Shown here piece by piece: positions 44,603 through 59,600 of a stretch of DNA of 64,000 nucleotides. Positions within the stretch are counted from its first letter, which is position 1, and each line of letters starts with the position of its first letter. The notes under the pieces were generated by a model, which had not been told where the DNA came from, ran no database searches, and saw nothing but the letters and a program-made list of their open reading frames with translations. The translations under genes and the position numbers were made by a program. Source of the DNA: Balanoglossus misakiensis (taxonomy: Eukaryota; Animalia; Hemichordata). The stretch covers positions 10,828,390 through 10,892,389 of the forward strand of contig CM082580.2 of NCBI GenBank assembly GCA_040954595.2, given 5' to 3'.

Positions 44603-47600
44603 ATGCTTCCAATTAATTTTTCAGTCCTGTTCATCGGAACGATTTTCTTGGTGCTGTCGACGATTTCAGGTGAGTTAATAACGGACCCGATCTCTGTGAT
44701 GACAGTTCTGCGTTCTCACCAGGACTTGATGTACCATTAATTCAATGTGATGGAATTGACTTCAAATGTATGATATACGTGTACTTCCAAAATCGATCGT
44801 AAGCTGTATGAAGTGTCATCATACAATGTTCGTAGTGTTTATGTAAATTACTCTTTCACAACGCGGGAACTTTTGGAAAAAGAAAATAATTTCACTTAAG
44901 AAGTTCGACAGGATCGGAAAGCAAACTTTCTTGCCAAGGTGCCACACCTATGAAACTTTATACAGTATCCGTGAGATTTTATTTCACTTCTAATTTTGTT
45001 TGTAACCCATGAAATTTCTGGTAAGAAAATTACCCCCCCCCCCCCCCCCCATTAACGTTTAAAGAACATCTTAGTAACCTAGTTTATATCGTGATTGGGT
45101 ACAATTTTAACTGGTAAAATTGTTCCAAACGAAATTTCGTAAGACGCTAACCACACCCTATGCGGTGTGAGACTTTATTGATTATTTTCTCTGCCTGCTT
45201 TGTCTTTCATTGTTTGCTATTGAAAGGGTACACGGTTTAAACAATAGGCGCGGTACACAATAAAAGGTTTTGGACGCGGAAACAAAAGACGCGTACGCTA
45301 CAGTCATCACGGCCGTACGCGTATCTCTGCTAACGAAATTTTACACAAATTGATTTAGAAAGCGTGTTCATCTGAGTTCTCTTCCTGTATTGGCCTCGTG
45401 TATTGATATGATTGTGATCGGCTTGACCCTGAAAAGTAGTAGCTACTGGCCTCCGGGGTTTCCAAACTGAGTCAACCACAGACAAGTCTCTCTTTCAGTC
45501 TTTATGTGTCAACATAGCTTTTTGTTTCCTTCAAGAAAAACGTTGCAGTTTATTGTTCAGGCTTCTTTTCACCTTTATTCATCGATTAATGCACAGCTCC
45601 CACTTTTTGTGCATAGATATTTGGGATGAATTTTATTCACTCAGCCTTTACGTCAAAAAGTAGAAAAAAATATCAACAAGTGACGCGAAAGGCCTTCCCC
45701 TCCTATCCCCCTTTTTTGTCCATGACTTGTCAAGCCCGAGTACAAGGGTATCTTTGTCCCAGTAAAGTGGGGTGCATCATCAAACAGTGGCATTTAAACC
45801 CACTGAAGTGAATCAGGAGTGGAGCGTCTCTACTCCCTAGCAATATTTCAGTTGCTAAGGAGGCATTGTCACTTTTCTTCTGGTTTCATTGTCATCCCTT
45901 GTTTGCAGTGACATTGCCACTCCCCAGGTTACATGACCATGACTTTCGGTAGCCCTGAAATATGGTCAATACACAAACCATAACATTCGATTGTTGTACA
46001 TCTGTACATGTAACTGTTGTCCTCTATGTCAGTTCAAGGAATTTCTTACGTGACTATAAACTAAATGGTGTAGCCTCAAATAAAATGTTTGTTTATCATC
46101 AAACGAATGTCTATATACATATAATATTTATAGTATATAATATGTATATACATGTACATTGTATTAATTAGTCTCTTACATGTATATATATATATATTAT
46201 TTTATGATGAAACTGTTGAGTTTTAATCTGATTAAGTCAAAATACAAGTCTTCAGGTACCTGAATTGTGACCTGGTTCATGCATTCATAGCAAATGATAA
46301 CAGATTAGTAAAATCAATAGAACAGAAAAAGGAAAGTGTTGTATTGATCCAAAACCCATTGGTGTCAGTACTCTACTGCAGTTTGTATTAATCTACTATT
46401 TTTAGCACTTCCGAGGACAGACAAGCTTCTTTCAATTAGAGCAGATACTGTAGCCTGAGTTTGACCATTTCAGGCAAATTGGACTTGTTGCTTACAATCC
46501 TTACTTCACTACAGATAAGTATTTTTGCAGGTGTAAATTTTTATTTGGTTAACGGGGGTCATTTGATGTTTCGACAAAAGAAAGGACATACACTGTGATT
46601 CATTGTAAATATATCTGTCCATCCCTAGGGGCAGGACGTCATTGATGCTGGTGGAGGTTGCATAATGTTAATTTGGGTAGAATCAATGGCCCCCTAAATA
46701 AATACGAAGCTGTCTGGGTGGTGCATTGCCAGCGCAGGAAGAAGGGGAGGACAATAAGAGGATTATGCAAATTAGCGGAGTGTCCCAGGCATCAAAAATT
46801 CAAACAGCCATGATTTGTGCTGACCAGTTACGCACAACGCACATTAATTTGATAAGCCTGTCCAGGGTAGACGTCAATCATCTTATTACTCCATTGGCAG
46901 CTTGGGATAATTATCGAGCTGTTCCCTCCAATGATTTATTGGCGAGCGTGACAGTTTTAGTACGTGCCAAGTAGGGATGGGGTCCAGAATGGCAGGCCAC
47001 TGTTATTATCAGCATAAATAAGCTAATAAAGCTGACATAGAATGTTGACTTAGATGAAACTGGGACACATGTGTCAATGAACTACTTCAGACCGTTGCCA
47101 TCAGCAGTGTGTCACGTCCATTATAATTTTTAAATGTAGAAAAGTAGAGAACCAATATAGATGTCTTTATAAAAGTGCGATTTTAACACATTTTGTCGTA
47201 TTTTTCTTCTTCATGTTTCAGTTGCTGATGGCGCCAATTTCTCAGAAGCAAATCGGGAGCGAATTATTGTACATCCCAAGTTATTGCAAAGTGAGAGCGA
47301 ATCAAAAGTCATTGTTGAAGGCTTCGGCCGAACCTTCAATTTAATTCTCAAAGAAAACAAGTAAGTATACTCTGTGAGAAATGAAGATAAGTTCTGTGAT
47401 CTCATTGGTTGTAAAGCAAGTGTGTCACCTGCCCAACAACCAATCAGACACTGGTTTGTCTCAAAAACATTGTATTACTGTTGAAGACAAAAATATAAGC
47501 AAGAGCTGAAAATAGCTAGTTCTATATAATGGATGTGTATACAGTCAGCACTGCAAAGCACCTTGTAGTGTGTTGGCACAAAATACCAGAACAGTTGTGT

Positions 47601-50600
47601 CATGGTAATGTGAGGAGCTTTGGGGGGAAAGTGAACAGGTCAGAGTAAATATTGCTCTAGATGCTGAATGGAGAATGATTGCTGTTTCCAGTGACCTTCA
47701 AACGACCTCAGGTGTTGAGTGAATGAAAGGACTGGGGTAATGTACCCCGTTTTAAAAAGAACAGTAACCGTAGTCATCTGTTTTTTCCATTAAAGGGGCA
47801 TTTGTTATGCAACGTATACAAAACCCGAACTCAGGTCTGGGTTTCTCTCGGGAGCAAAGTTCACGGGACAGTCCATCTGTAGAAAAGCCTCCATCTCACA
47901 AGTTGTTAGCTCGACTATAATGTCTCAGAGAGCAAGAACCTTGGCGGGCCAAGATGAATTCTTGCAAAAAGTGACTCATGCCCAAATCCTGAATTGTCAT
48001 CTAGCCATGGCACCGCAAGGACAGAGATGCCGAGCTACGAGAACTTCACATTATTTGAAGTGTGTTTGAGATTTCCTCCTCTTAAAGTTTTGTCGTCCTC
48101 TGAGTGCAACATGAAATCCTCGGTTTCCCAGCATTCATAATCAAGTTGTTGCTAGGTAACACCGTGAATGTAGGTTGTCAGGGTCCTGTAGCAGAAAATG
48201 AAATTGGTCGGTGAATAAAACGTGTGGCAACTTCTGACCTTCAACCTGGTACTTTTATTTTGCCATTTTTATTGGAATCTGTCCAGGTCGTTAAATTGTC
48301 AGTGTGCTCTTTCGTGAATAGAAGAACGTAAAAAAAATCCATTCATGAAACTTCAGGTGAAAATAATGTCTTATGAGTCGAATCGGAGGCAGTCATTGGC
48401 GGAGTTGACAATTGAACCGGTCATAACCAATGTAATTGAGCATTCTTGACGTATGTGCTAGTACGCACCGTTTGAGGCGGGTTACAAAGAACCCTATTCT
48501 TGAGACCGGGCCCATTGCTTGCTTGACCTCCATCTTTTGACTGGAGACATTATGCAGTCTTTTGTGTGTGCGTCTTGACTGGGCACGGTCTGCAGTCATG
48601 CGTGAATCCTTCTCTCTTTCTCTGACAGAATTAATCCCATTGTAGGCCACGTTTACCCAAAGACAAACGGGACCAAAAGTGATCCAGTTTTGGTGACCCT
48701 TTTCGACAATGCCTACCCGTGGACTGGTTCATGACTGTGAGAGTATATTAAAGAGCTGCTGCTGTTAAAGTATATAGTTATCAAATCAAAAATAATTACC
48801 AGAATCACAAGAAACTATCATACTACAGAGGTACCACGCTTCTGCAGTCATGTTTTTGCCGACCCACACTCTGTTCAGTCCACAGTCCCTTGGGGTCTGT
48901 GTTTGGTCATAAAGCACAGTAGCTCACAACTGGGCAAATGCAGTGTTTGGTTAATTTAAGAGGGGCATCTAAGTATTGGGTCTGTCTTTGTGCCACTAAA
49001 CTACGTTAAATGTTAATTGTGGCATATTACAGCAGGTTAGGTATGCAAATTGTTGTCCAGTTGATGCAATGTATCATATGATACTGTTTAGCTGTGAACT
49101 TTTGTAGTGTACGTGACAGTAGTGTCTATATCAGTTGTGAAAAAGTTAGAGAATAAATAGTAGTAATAAACACTTTCTGCTGAGTAAAGTTATAGAAGGA
49201 TGTAGAATTTGAATTCAGTTCAGGTAATATATACCATGACAACCTGCAGAGGTTGAAACACAACATTTGTCAGAAAATATTGCTTTTTTGTTTTGTCAAA
49301 CAAGGGAATGCAGATTTACAGAAGGGGGCTTTTAAAGTTTATCAGCAACTCTTAAATTAAGTCGCAAAACTCAAAGCTCACCATTTTAACATGTCTCTTG
49401 AGAACTGATCACACATTCCAAGGAGAGCTTCACAATACAGCGAGGTGTGTGTGATCACCATTGTGTTCAGACAACTAAAAGATACCATGGGGGCTGAATT
49501 GAAAATATGTGGGTCATTAGGCCTAGCATAATCCTTTTGTAGAAATGAGTCAAATATTATCGTTATCTGGTATGCTTGTGGGAGTGTTTGCATTCTATCC
49601 TTCACATTTACCCCTATGGCAGCCAATGGTGCCGCTGGGTTGGTTGACCTGTTGTATGCGCGTAGGTGTACTTGAACTGGTATAATCTTTCCACTTGGGT
49701 AATTCATTATCACAGCCTTTGTAATACTGGCTCTATTATGTCATTGTCAATTCCGCGCCCCCCATTGAATCTCCCTGAAAGCAATTATGTCATTTAGGAA
49801 TTACACTGCAAAGCGCCCTGTTTGCTGGAGCGGGCATTGTGTACTATGTAAAGCGCATTTAATGGTTGGAAAGTTAAGTAAATGCAAGAGGCTGGATGGC
49901 TTGATACCTGCGTGTGCGTGCGGATACCACAAATGGGGGTACAGGCACCTAAATTGATTCAGGGTCCCCCAAATTTACGGTTACAGTAGTTTTGACTTTC
50001 CAAGCTGTTGAGATTTCTCCCAATCTTCTTTTCTCATTCCGGACTTGCCAGCGTCTGGTGGGAAATCATTAATAATGAAAAGTAACAATGTAAATTCCTA
50101 ACATTCCATTGACTCATCCACTCTCAATGTTTCATTCATTCCGCCAGCGCACCCCTGTACGTCTTCTTTGTCATTGTAAATCCATGCCCTCCCCCATCTC
50201 TGGTCAAGGATTTCCTTGCATTCCCCCGTTGCCATAGAAGACCACGCAATGTGTGTAACAATTCGCCAAAGGGTTATTAAAAAATCAGGTGTCAAAGGGA
50301 GGGTGGAAGTTAGTCGTTCACTATTATACCAGAGGGCCATGAATATATACCCACCATGAATTTTCATCCTCTCCAGTTTCACTGTTTTCTTATTAAAGTC
50401 ATCTTCAAATTGTTATATTTTTTACTTACAGAAACTTGTTTGCCAAAGACTTCACTAGTGCTTTTAAGTCTGCAAGAAATTCTATACAAACACAGGTGAG
50501 TTTTTAATTTTCCTATAGAGTTGTACAGCAAACAAAACAAGCTCAGAAGAAACAGACGAACTCCAGCTTACAAACTGTTTTTTGCACGTGCAGTTTCATG

Positions 50601-53600
50601 CCTTTCAATCCTTTCATTATATTTTCAGACTTTGAAAAACTGTTTTTATCATGGAGAAGTGGCAGGTGATCCTAACTCTAGGGTTGTAATGAGTACTTGT
50701 AAAGGCTTCAGGTAAGTGCATGCACACACCCCTCCAAAGGAATGGTTAATGCCGGGAACAGTATGCACCCTTTTAAAGGGAGTATATGTCGCATGGAATT
50801 TGCAACTATAGACTGTTCTTTTGTCAGAATCTTGGTATTGGAGGGAATGGTGATTGATTTTTAGTGAGAGGATCTTTTGAACCGACTCAATTGTTCACAA
50901 GGGTTTGGTGATTGACTTTTGGGACTGAGCAGCTGGACTGGCCCCCTCAGCTTATGCCTGGACGCAGAGTGTGGCCGGCACACATACCGGTACACTCATG
51001 GTCTGACAGTAGAAGCCATTGATCATGCAGAGTGGAGCTGCTCTTTAGACCAATGTTCTAAAACACTGCGGCCCTTCAGCTTTCAGAAGGGCTGACCTAG
51101 TGACCCACTTCTGTCAGGATTTATATTCCTTAGCAACCAACCTTTTCAAAGTGGAACAGCGGTAGTTAAGTGGAATGTATCCCTGGTCACTGCGTTTAAT
51201 AATGATTAATAAATAAAAAGCAATTTCCCCAGATGTTTTTTTCTACCAGTCAATGTGATATATAACCCCCCCCCTCCCCCACCATGACCATACACTACCA
51301 ACACCACACACAACCATCCTTGTGAAAAGTGACAATCAGCTACTTTCAGCTGCCGACCAATGAGAGTTGATCGACCGCATGATTGTGATACATTTACTTT
51401 CTTCAGCCAGAGGTTGCCTGCCAGCAGTGGTCTCAAATTACAGGTCACATGTTTGACCTGGTTCTGTCCCGCTGAGAAAACCCATCCTTGCACTTGGCAA
51501 CATTTGACCGACAAGGACATTGCCAAGGTTGAATTAGAAGGAAATAAGCCTGTTCAACAGCTTGATCTTTTCATTCCAATGAAATCCAGAAAAGTTCTAT
51601 TCTTAATTATAATGCAGTAGCATGTTGACACTCTGATAGAAATTAAATTGTATCAGTAACCATCATAGGATGTTGCATATCCGTTTTTCAGCATTAAATG
51701 TAGACATCTAGAAGGCTCAGTTGACACTACCAGAAATAGAACAACTATGCTGTGTATGTGACTGCCTGAAACAACATGACATCAGGATATTGCTTTTTTA
51801 GCAGATAATCTTTAAGGTGTACATTTCACAAGATATTTAAGTCAGTGTTCTCCCCAGAGCAATTCATCTTTAAATAGCCATTAATTTCGTGAAAACAATC
51901 ACAATTCATCATCATGTTCATCATCACAGTCTAGTATACTGCCAATAATGTCTTTAACACTATGGAAAGTCTCTTTCTTATACAAACTGATGCAGTTTAT
52001 TTCTTTTCTTTTTTCACTTCAGGGGCACAATAAAGACTGGGGAAGGTGAAGCTTACACAATTGAGCCTTTGCTTCGTAAAGATGGCGGCAGCTTTATTCA
52101 GGTATGTGATTGGTCAGACTGCATTGCAGGATGATGTAATGTGAATTGAGCCTGGTCATTTGTTCAGGCTGGTTCAGTCCCATCATTTTGGACATACAGT
52201 TTAATTACTGATGATGGTTGCAATGACAAGCCATGCAGCTTGGGTAAATGTCTGGCCTGAAAGACCTAGTTTGTACATCAATCATGGAATCTGATGATTT
52301 GCGCTCCAGCGGTGGGCTAGCTGCAGTACTGGGCATGCATGAAGTGAGTGTGGTTGGTTGGAGGGTTAATGCAGCCCTGCAGGGTTTACTGGGAGGAAAG
52401 GATAAGATTACGTGAGGATATCGATTCCTGCAGGCTTCCCATTTTTGGCCGGGACTTTGCAAATGTGCGATGAACAAACATTATGCTATGTTAGCTACCC
52501 TAGCTCCTAATTGACAGTCAGTGCAAACACTGTTCGGCAGTTTCTATAAATGGAATGTACTTGTAAACAAACGGAACAATTGGGACGTCTTTGCTTGTTC
52601 GAGCCTTTTGCTCTCCTAATTGATACGGATGCAAGCACAGCCGTGTTAGGAGTGGAATGCACAAACAGGTGGCATACATGTACATGTCCTGAAACACTGT
52701 AGTTATCCTAATTAACAGTGTAGTGTAAACACACAGGAAGTTTGCAGTTGTTTTCAGCCTCCAGTCATTGGTATAATGCAGTAGGCAGACCCATAGCTGT
52801 CTTATAACATTATCTGTGATTGGTCAGTTTTGTAAAGGCCTGTTACGTGTAGTTTTTGTCCATTTTTCGACTCTCTGTACTCTGCTAAACTACCCATTGC
52901 AGTTGATATATAAAATAAATTTCCAATTAAATAGCCAAATGTTCACTTTTCAGATTGAACTTCTGATATGTACATGTAGTGGGAGTTCCTTAGTTTCAAG
53001 TCAGAGCAATGTTGTATATATTCAGTCAGCTGTGTTTAACTCGAACATTGTCTGTTAGTACAGACACCTGAGGCATTGTACTCTACCAAAGAATGACCCT
53101 TAGAAAGAATTTGTTGTGGGGTTATTGTATGTACAACCTAGAGTTGGGTATAAGGCCGTTTTGGCCTCCTGTAGTAATCAATATAAGAAAAACAAAATGT
53201 GGAGATTTTTCCACAGTAGCACCACATTCATTGCTAATTATTTCTGTTCTCCACGTCTGTGTTGAACACCTGTGTTGAACACCAAATTCCCAATCTACTG
53301 TGAAGACATTACACTGTCATTTATTGGCATAGATTCAGCAAATCGCTTCCCCAGCATGCATCACATCCCCATCACATCAGTATTTGTCGCCTACAGACAG
53401 ACATTCATTCCATGTCTGCATGCTTGCACACATACATTGATGTACATGTGAGCTGGGGTCAAGGGGTCGTGAAATACCTCAGACGGAAAATAATTACAAA
53501 TAACACTGCTACAGGCTAAGTTTAGTCCACTGCGGAATGTTTTGGCTCAGCATGCGATGTTTAATATGTCCTCAGTATTTTTCAATGTCAAATCCAATGT

Positions 53601-56600
53601 CACTGATGTTCCATAGTGAACTACATACTGGTACATGTGTATTGTACATGTACACTCCCTCTGTCGTCGTTTTGTTCTGGAAAGAAAATGTTGTACATGT
53701 ATTTTCAAACTAGTAAACACAAAATTTCATCTGCCAGCCTGAATTTGACCCTCTTTTACAAGTGATAATGGAATAAACTTGTTCCACTTCAAAAACCTCA
53801 TATCTGCATTCAGAGAGATCCAAAATCCTTGTTTCCATGGAAATATTTTTGATTAAAGAATTTCTTCCCTCTTACAGTCCTTGCCCCCAGGCCATATGTG
53901 TTCCGGAGAATAAGCATGTGACATTCTCATGTAGTTTTTTATCTCCCAAGTATTTCCATTTAAATTTTCAATGCATGTAGTTTGCAATAATTGGACATTT
54001 GCTCCACACAAAAATGTCATTTTTCTCCACAGGGTGAAAGTAATGCACATGTTATGTCTAGACATCTCCAGTCATTGCCCAGGTCACACAACATGCATGG
54101 TGAGATTGATAGCATGATGTTATTATTAGTTCACGACCATCCAAGCACCATAAGACTCTTATTTGCTGGGCTACCCATAACTGGCAATTTTTGATAATCA
54201 TGTTCAGTTTCTATTGCTACAGTATCCACCTGAAAATTATCTTTTAAGATTTGGCTCATTTGCTCCTTTTGGTTCAGTCAACATTTTGACACTTGACTTG
54301 AACGAACAAAGCAAATTATCCATGATTGTCAGTGAATTATATGAAGTGCTCAAAATAGATGTTTTATGGTCTACACCTGCAGTCCTCTGCTGTCACTGTT
54401 AACTGCTTTTCACAAGCTTTCCCTGTGTCTGCCTAACATGCCATCTTTCTAATTGACATTCTCTGTATTGGGCGTCATGCAGTGTTTCTTGCCGACGGAG
54501 CTGCCCACTCTCTTGCTCTGACCTGTGTCCTATTTGTTAAATCTCTCACATGCTCTCAACTTCTGACATAAGACTGAGTAAACAGAAGAAAGTATGCAAG
54601 ATTTTGAAACGGGTATTTGGGAATGTCGTGTCAGTTTCTTATGCACAGATTTCTCTATTTCTGTGGCTGTATACATGCAGCACTTTATTGACATGTTGAT
54701 AAAAAAGACACATTTGTCCTCCAGAACTGGAAAATGACTGGGAAAAATCACTGGAAAATCCAGGAATTTTGACTGTTAACTTTGTGTGTATGAATCTCAT
54801 AATGCCTTTCTTTTTAAACTAATCTTTAGTTGTTGCAAATATTCTATGCCTGATCTTTCTTTTATCCTATGATTATTAAAAACCTTGTAATATGTTCACT
54901 GTCTCTTTCTTGATGTATTATTACCAATGGAGATTAATTGAGATCTCGGAGTATCAAGTATTAAGCTGGTGTTCAAAGTATGTTGAGTATGAATCCATTC
55001 TAGCAGATAGATATCAGACCCATTCCTCTCATGCCATAGACTACACAGATATATTTATTGGCAAAGTTTGGACTCGTGCCCGAAATGTCAGCGATTTCCT
55101 GCCCATTCCCAGAATGTCAGACGTGAAAGGTTTAAACTTTGACATATGAAACGTTGTCTCCCCATTCTTGGAGTGCAAAACATACACTTTTAAGGTTGAA
55201 TGGACAAACGGAATATCAAGTTAAGGTTGGAAGCATGTACCGGTATAGTAGCAGGATGACCTTCAAAAGGCTAGGTGACCTTCACACGATAGTTTTCAGA
55301 TGCAGCAAACTTAAAAATGCTGTGTGAACTTTAAAAATATGGGGTGACTGTCCAATATAGGAATATAAATTGGCTGCTTATCAACATTGGACGCCTTAAA
55401 AATGCATCTTCCTCTGACTGTAGAAAAACAGCCACTGCAGCCAAATATTTCTGATCTCCCAGTAGCCTTTATGCTAACATGAAGATTGATGTAATTTGTT
55501 TTGCAGATGTAGATAGCCGCCACATTAAGCACAGAAGGGTGAGTTTCCATTTTTCCTGTTGGATGTAATCCCAGCTTGCATTCTCAACTGTTCGACTGTT
55601 CACAGTACAAAACTTACATCATTTTATTTATATGTCATTGACTGCAGTCTGTAATTAAATACACATTGATACCATTGAGTAGATATGAAAAAGAGGATCT
55701 TTGTGCCCCAATAAAAGTAAATGGATGGTGGATTAAAATATGATACAAAACCTTTCTGTTATTTCATTTATATAGATATGAGTATATTTAACTGAGTGAC
55801 CATCTGTTAGAGACTTTTTAATTTTTTATGAAGTGTAAATGTCATCATATCTGTAAATTTCAGGTGCGGAGAGATGTACAGAATGAAATCAAGTATATAG
55901 AGCTGGCAATAGTGGTTGACCAGTTCTTGGTAAGTTGCTATGTTCAGCCGTGTTGATTGCCACTGCATGTGTGTTATTGATTTAGAAACGTATATGTCAG
56001 AATTGATATCTTGGTGTATGACATTCAAGCATTTGCTCTGTTATCTTTATTTTCAAATCCTTGAACTTGATACTTTTTTTAGACTTTTGACTTGGGTCAA
56101 GATATGCATGACTTCATCCTCTCACCTTCATGCTTGAGTTGCTTGAGAGGTGAGCTCGCAGTGATTGATCTGGCGTCCCCATACCTCAGTTGCTCTATGC
56201 CCCTCCCCCTCCTCCTAAACCCTCATTATATCTGAGCCTTCCCTTTAACCAAACTCTTGCTGTGTTTAATTTCATTGTAGGATAACACATTGGCATTGGA
56301 TACAACACAGTACATACTGGAGGTTGTAAATGTTGCTGACGGGGTAAGTTTCAAATGTTAAAAGAAAGACACCAAAGAGAAAAAGTGATCTGTCCTCGAG
56401 TAAATTCCTACTTGGTATGTTACACCTTATACCCACCTGAACTCATCTTAAATGTTATTTTATTATCTTGCTCAATTTCAGTTATTTGAAGAACTCAATA
56501 CCCGTCTGCGGTTGACCTACATCGAGGTGTGGTCTGACGGTGATCACATCACCCCTTCGTCCAATATACAAACCACTCTGGAACATTTCGATGATTATGT

Positions 56601-59600
56601 GAACACTCATATGACATCTGTACACAAAGATAACACGCAGCTGCTCAGGTATGTGGAAATTGGCTTTAAAGGCCGACGATTGTCTGAGAATGCATTGCAT
56701 CACAGTTACCTTTACTGAGGAGAAATAATATCAAGAAATGTTCCAATTTCTCTTGGTTATCTTTTCAGGGGAATATTACAAGAAAAAGAACCTGGTGTGT
56801 CATTTTTTGATGGCATGTGTACAGATCATTCAGTTGGTGTTACCAGGGTGAGTTCAACAATTTACCTGTTTGTCTTCTCCAAGCAAAGTCACCAATAACC
56901 TCATCGACGTTGATTTTTAACCATCACGTTGGAGTTGGGTTTAATACTGAAATCTCATCTGATTGGTTTGTTAATTTCTTATTGTTACCTAGGCAACATC
57001 TGATACTTCAGTGGAAGCCATTGAAGAAGTGGCAGCCATATTGGCTCATCAGATTGCCAACAATATGGGTATACGTGATGATGAATATCATGATGCCCTG
57101 AAAAGTAAGTACACAATAATATTTCGAGAAAAAATGTCATGATATGGTCTAACTATAATTAGTACTGTTTTGTCAGATTTCTAATAAAAACAAATACCCA
57201 ACCTGTTTTTAAAGTTTTGGAAATGTGTTACTTGTAACCGTTAGTAACCATCTAAATGATTTTGTTTTAGCCGACTGTGGTTGTCCGTCTGGTTCCTGTA
57301 TAATGGTGCAGCGAAGTCTGTAAGTATATGTTGATATCAACAGTTATCTTTCACCTATCTGTCTTCAGTAATGGCAGTCTGAAATTTTGGCAAGAAATCT
57401 CAAAATATTTCTCAGTGAAAATGAAAATTTGACTTGCTTGTCGTTTCAGAGCATTTGCTGTAGGAACTGAATTTTCAAGTTGTGGTCTTTATGATCTGAA
57501 TATTGCACTGGCCGCTGGAAAGCTGGGCTGCTTATTAAATGAACCTGTTGAGGTAAGATAGCTAAAATACCATGTATTTTTCAAAATATCTTTGAAAGAA
57601 AACAATGGATAAGAAATGTAGATGTATAATGTAAATAATCTGACTGTCAACAAGAACTATTTCAAGACCTGTTGCTAGAATGTGATTTCTTAAACATGAT
57701 GATTATCCTCAGTATAAATATTGTAGAAATTTCTGGAATTTTAGAAATGTATTTATGTCACATACCCCAAATATGACCGGTATTTATATTGTAGAGGAAA
57801 TATTTCACATCAGTTCCATGTCATTTTCTTTCTTGTATTCAGGATTTGCAAACTGCCAGATGCGGCAATGGCATTATTGATGCTGGAGAAACCTGTGATT
57901 GTGGATCACGAAATCCTCAGGTATCTGCATTGAACAGTTTAGAAAATGTGTTATATTTTATGCGAAATGGTCAAATTGTATGCTTGACCTTTGTGGAATA
58001 ATATGTGTGATGTCTGAAAATTGTATATTACACCTGTCATGTTGCAGGACTGTCCATGCTGTAATTCAACAACCTGTCAGTTGAAGGATGGTGCTGTGTG
58101 TGACTCCATACTCCAATGCTGTACTCAGGACTGCCAGGTAGTCTGATTTACGTGTATTTACACAAGCCATTCAAAGTTGACTGTTTCTGTGCAAAAGACT
58201 GTGGCCAAGCCAATAACCTAAAGAACATATTGTATACATGATCCATCACTGTTTCATGCAAGGCATTTAATTTTGCTTCATTCGCCATCTGATTGTCTTT
58301 ATCTGTTAATAGTTGCAATCGTCTGGCAGTGTTTGTCGGGAATCAACCACAGAATGTGATCTTGCTGAAAGTTGTGATGGAATCAGTGCTGAGGTAAGAT
58401 ACAAGAAGACACATTTATTTTGGTATTTATCTGTCACAGGTTTTTGAGAAGCACAGTGTGCATTTTACTGGTCATACTTTTCTAAGAAATCTCGTCATTT
58501 TTCATAGACCACAACTGCAAGTAAATTTGCTAACATCAATGCCATTCCTGTCTTTTAGTGTCCAGAAGATGCGAACTATCCAGATGGAACATCATGTGCA
58601 AACAACCAGGTGATTATCATTTCCTAAATCTGCATGTCTCCTCATTAGCAAAGATTTATAAATTGTTATCAAATTAATTTTACTGGACCAGGTGGAAAAA
58701 TGGTATTTTTCATAGGGGAGTATCATGCATGTATTGGGATGTAAGTGTGTGTGTTGATGCATATGGTAACAGAATCCTATTTCTCATTTAGGGATATTGT
58801 TATCAAGGACAGTGTCCACTTCATGAAGACCAGTGTGATTTTCTCTATGGACCTGGTAAGTCTCCAGTGTGCATATACAGATCCATTTTTAATTTGTTGT
58901 ATATTAAGTATTGGTAAGTTTGTGCGACTGAGTAACACAGCTTTGCAAAATCCATTTTACAGAGAGCTCGGTTGCACCTGAGGTGTGTTTTGATACCAAT
59001 GTTCAGGGTAATGTAGGATATGGGCACTGCGGTCTGCAACCAGATATTTTGAGACACAGATCATGTGAAATAGAGTGAGTATGCAAGTTTCAATCAATAT
59101 ATGCAATGAATCGTGTCTAATCTTGAACCCTTGCTATGATGAACACAGTGAATAACTGAATCCTCTGTTTGTTTTCACAACAGGAATGTTCGGTGTGGAA
59201 CTCTGAAATGTGTTAATGGCTCCAGCTTATTCTTCAACAATATCCAGGGTCTTTCCATATTTGCCTATGCTTTATCTTATGAGGGTAGAAGTGTCCAGTG
59301 CAGGTGAGAAAGGCATCATTGTGTTAACAGAAATATACTAGTTATGGCATGAGGTTTATAATAATGCATTGATGAAATGTTCAGTAAAAAGAACTTTGTA
59401 CATTTGCTGCAGTGTTTACATATTCTTGAGCCTGACTGAATGATGCTTTTATTTCCAGATCCATGAGTACAACATTTGATGAGTTGGCATCTATGTATGG
59501 GATTGGTATGGTAGCTGATGGCACCAAATGTGGAGAGGGAAAAGTGAGTAGTTGGCCACCAAGCCAGTTTCGTTGTGAAGTATCTGTTCATAGCTGTATG

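Noticed and set aside
46700-49900. Octamer/Sox/homeobox-like motifs in large ADAM introns as conserved enhancers
   Set aside because: Short motifs are expected by chance in AT-rich DNA. Cross-species alignment would be needed.
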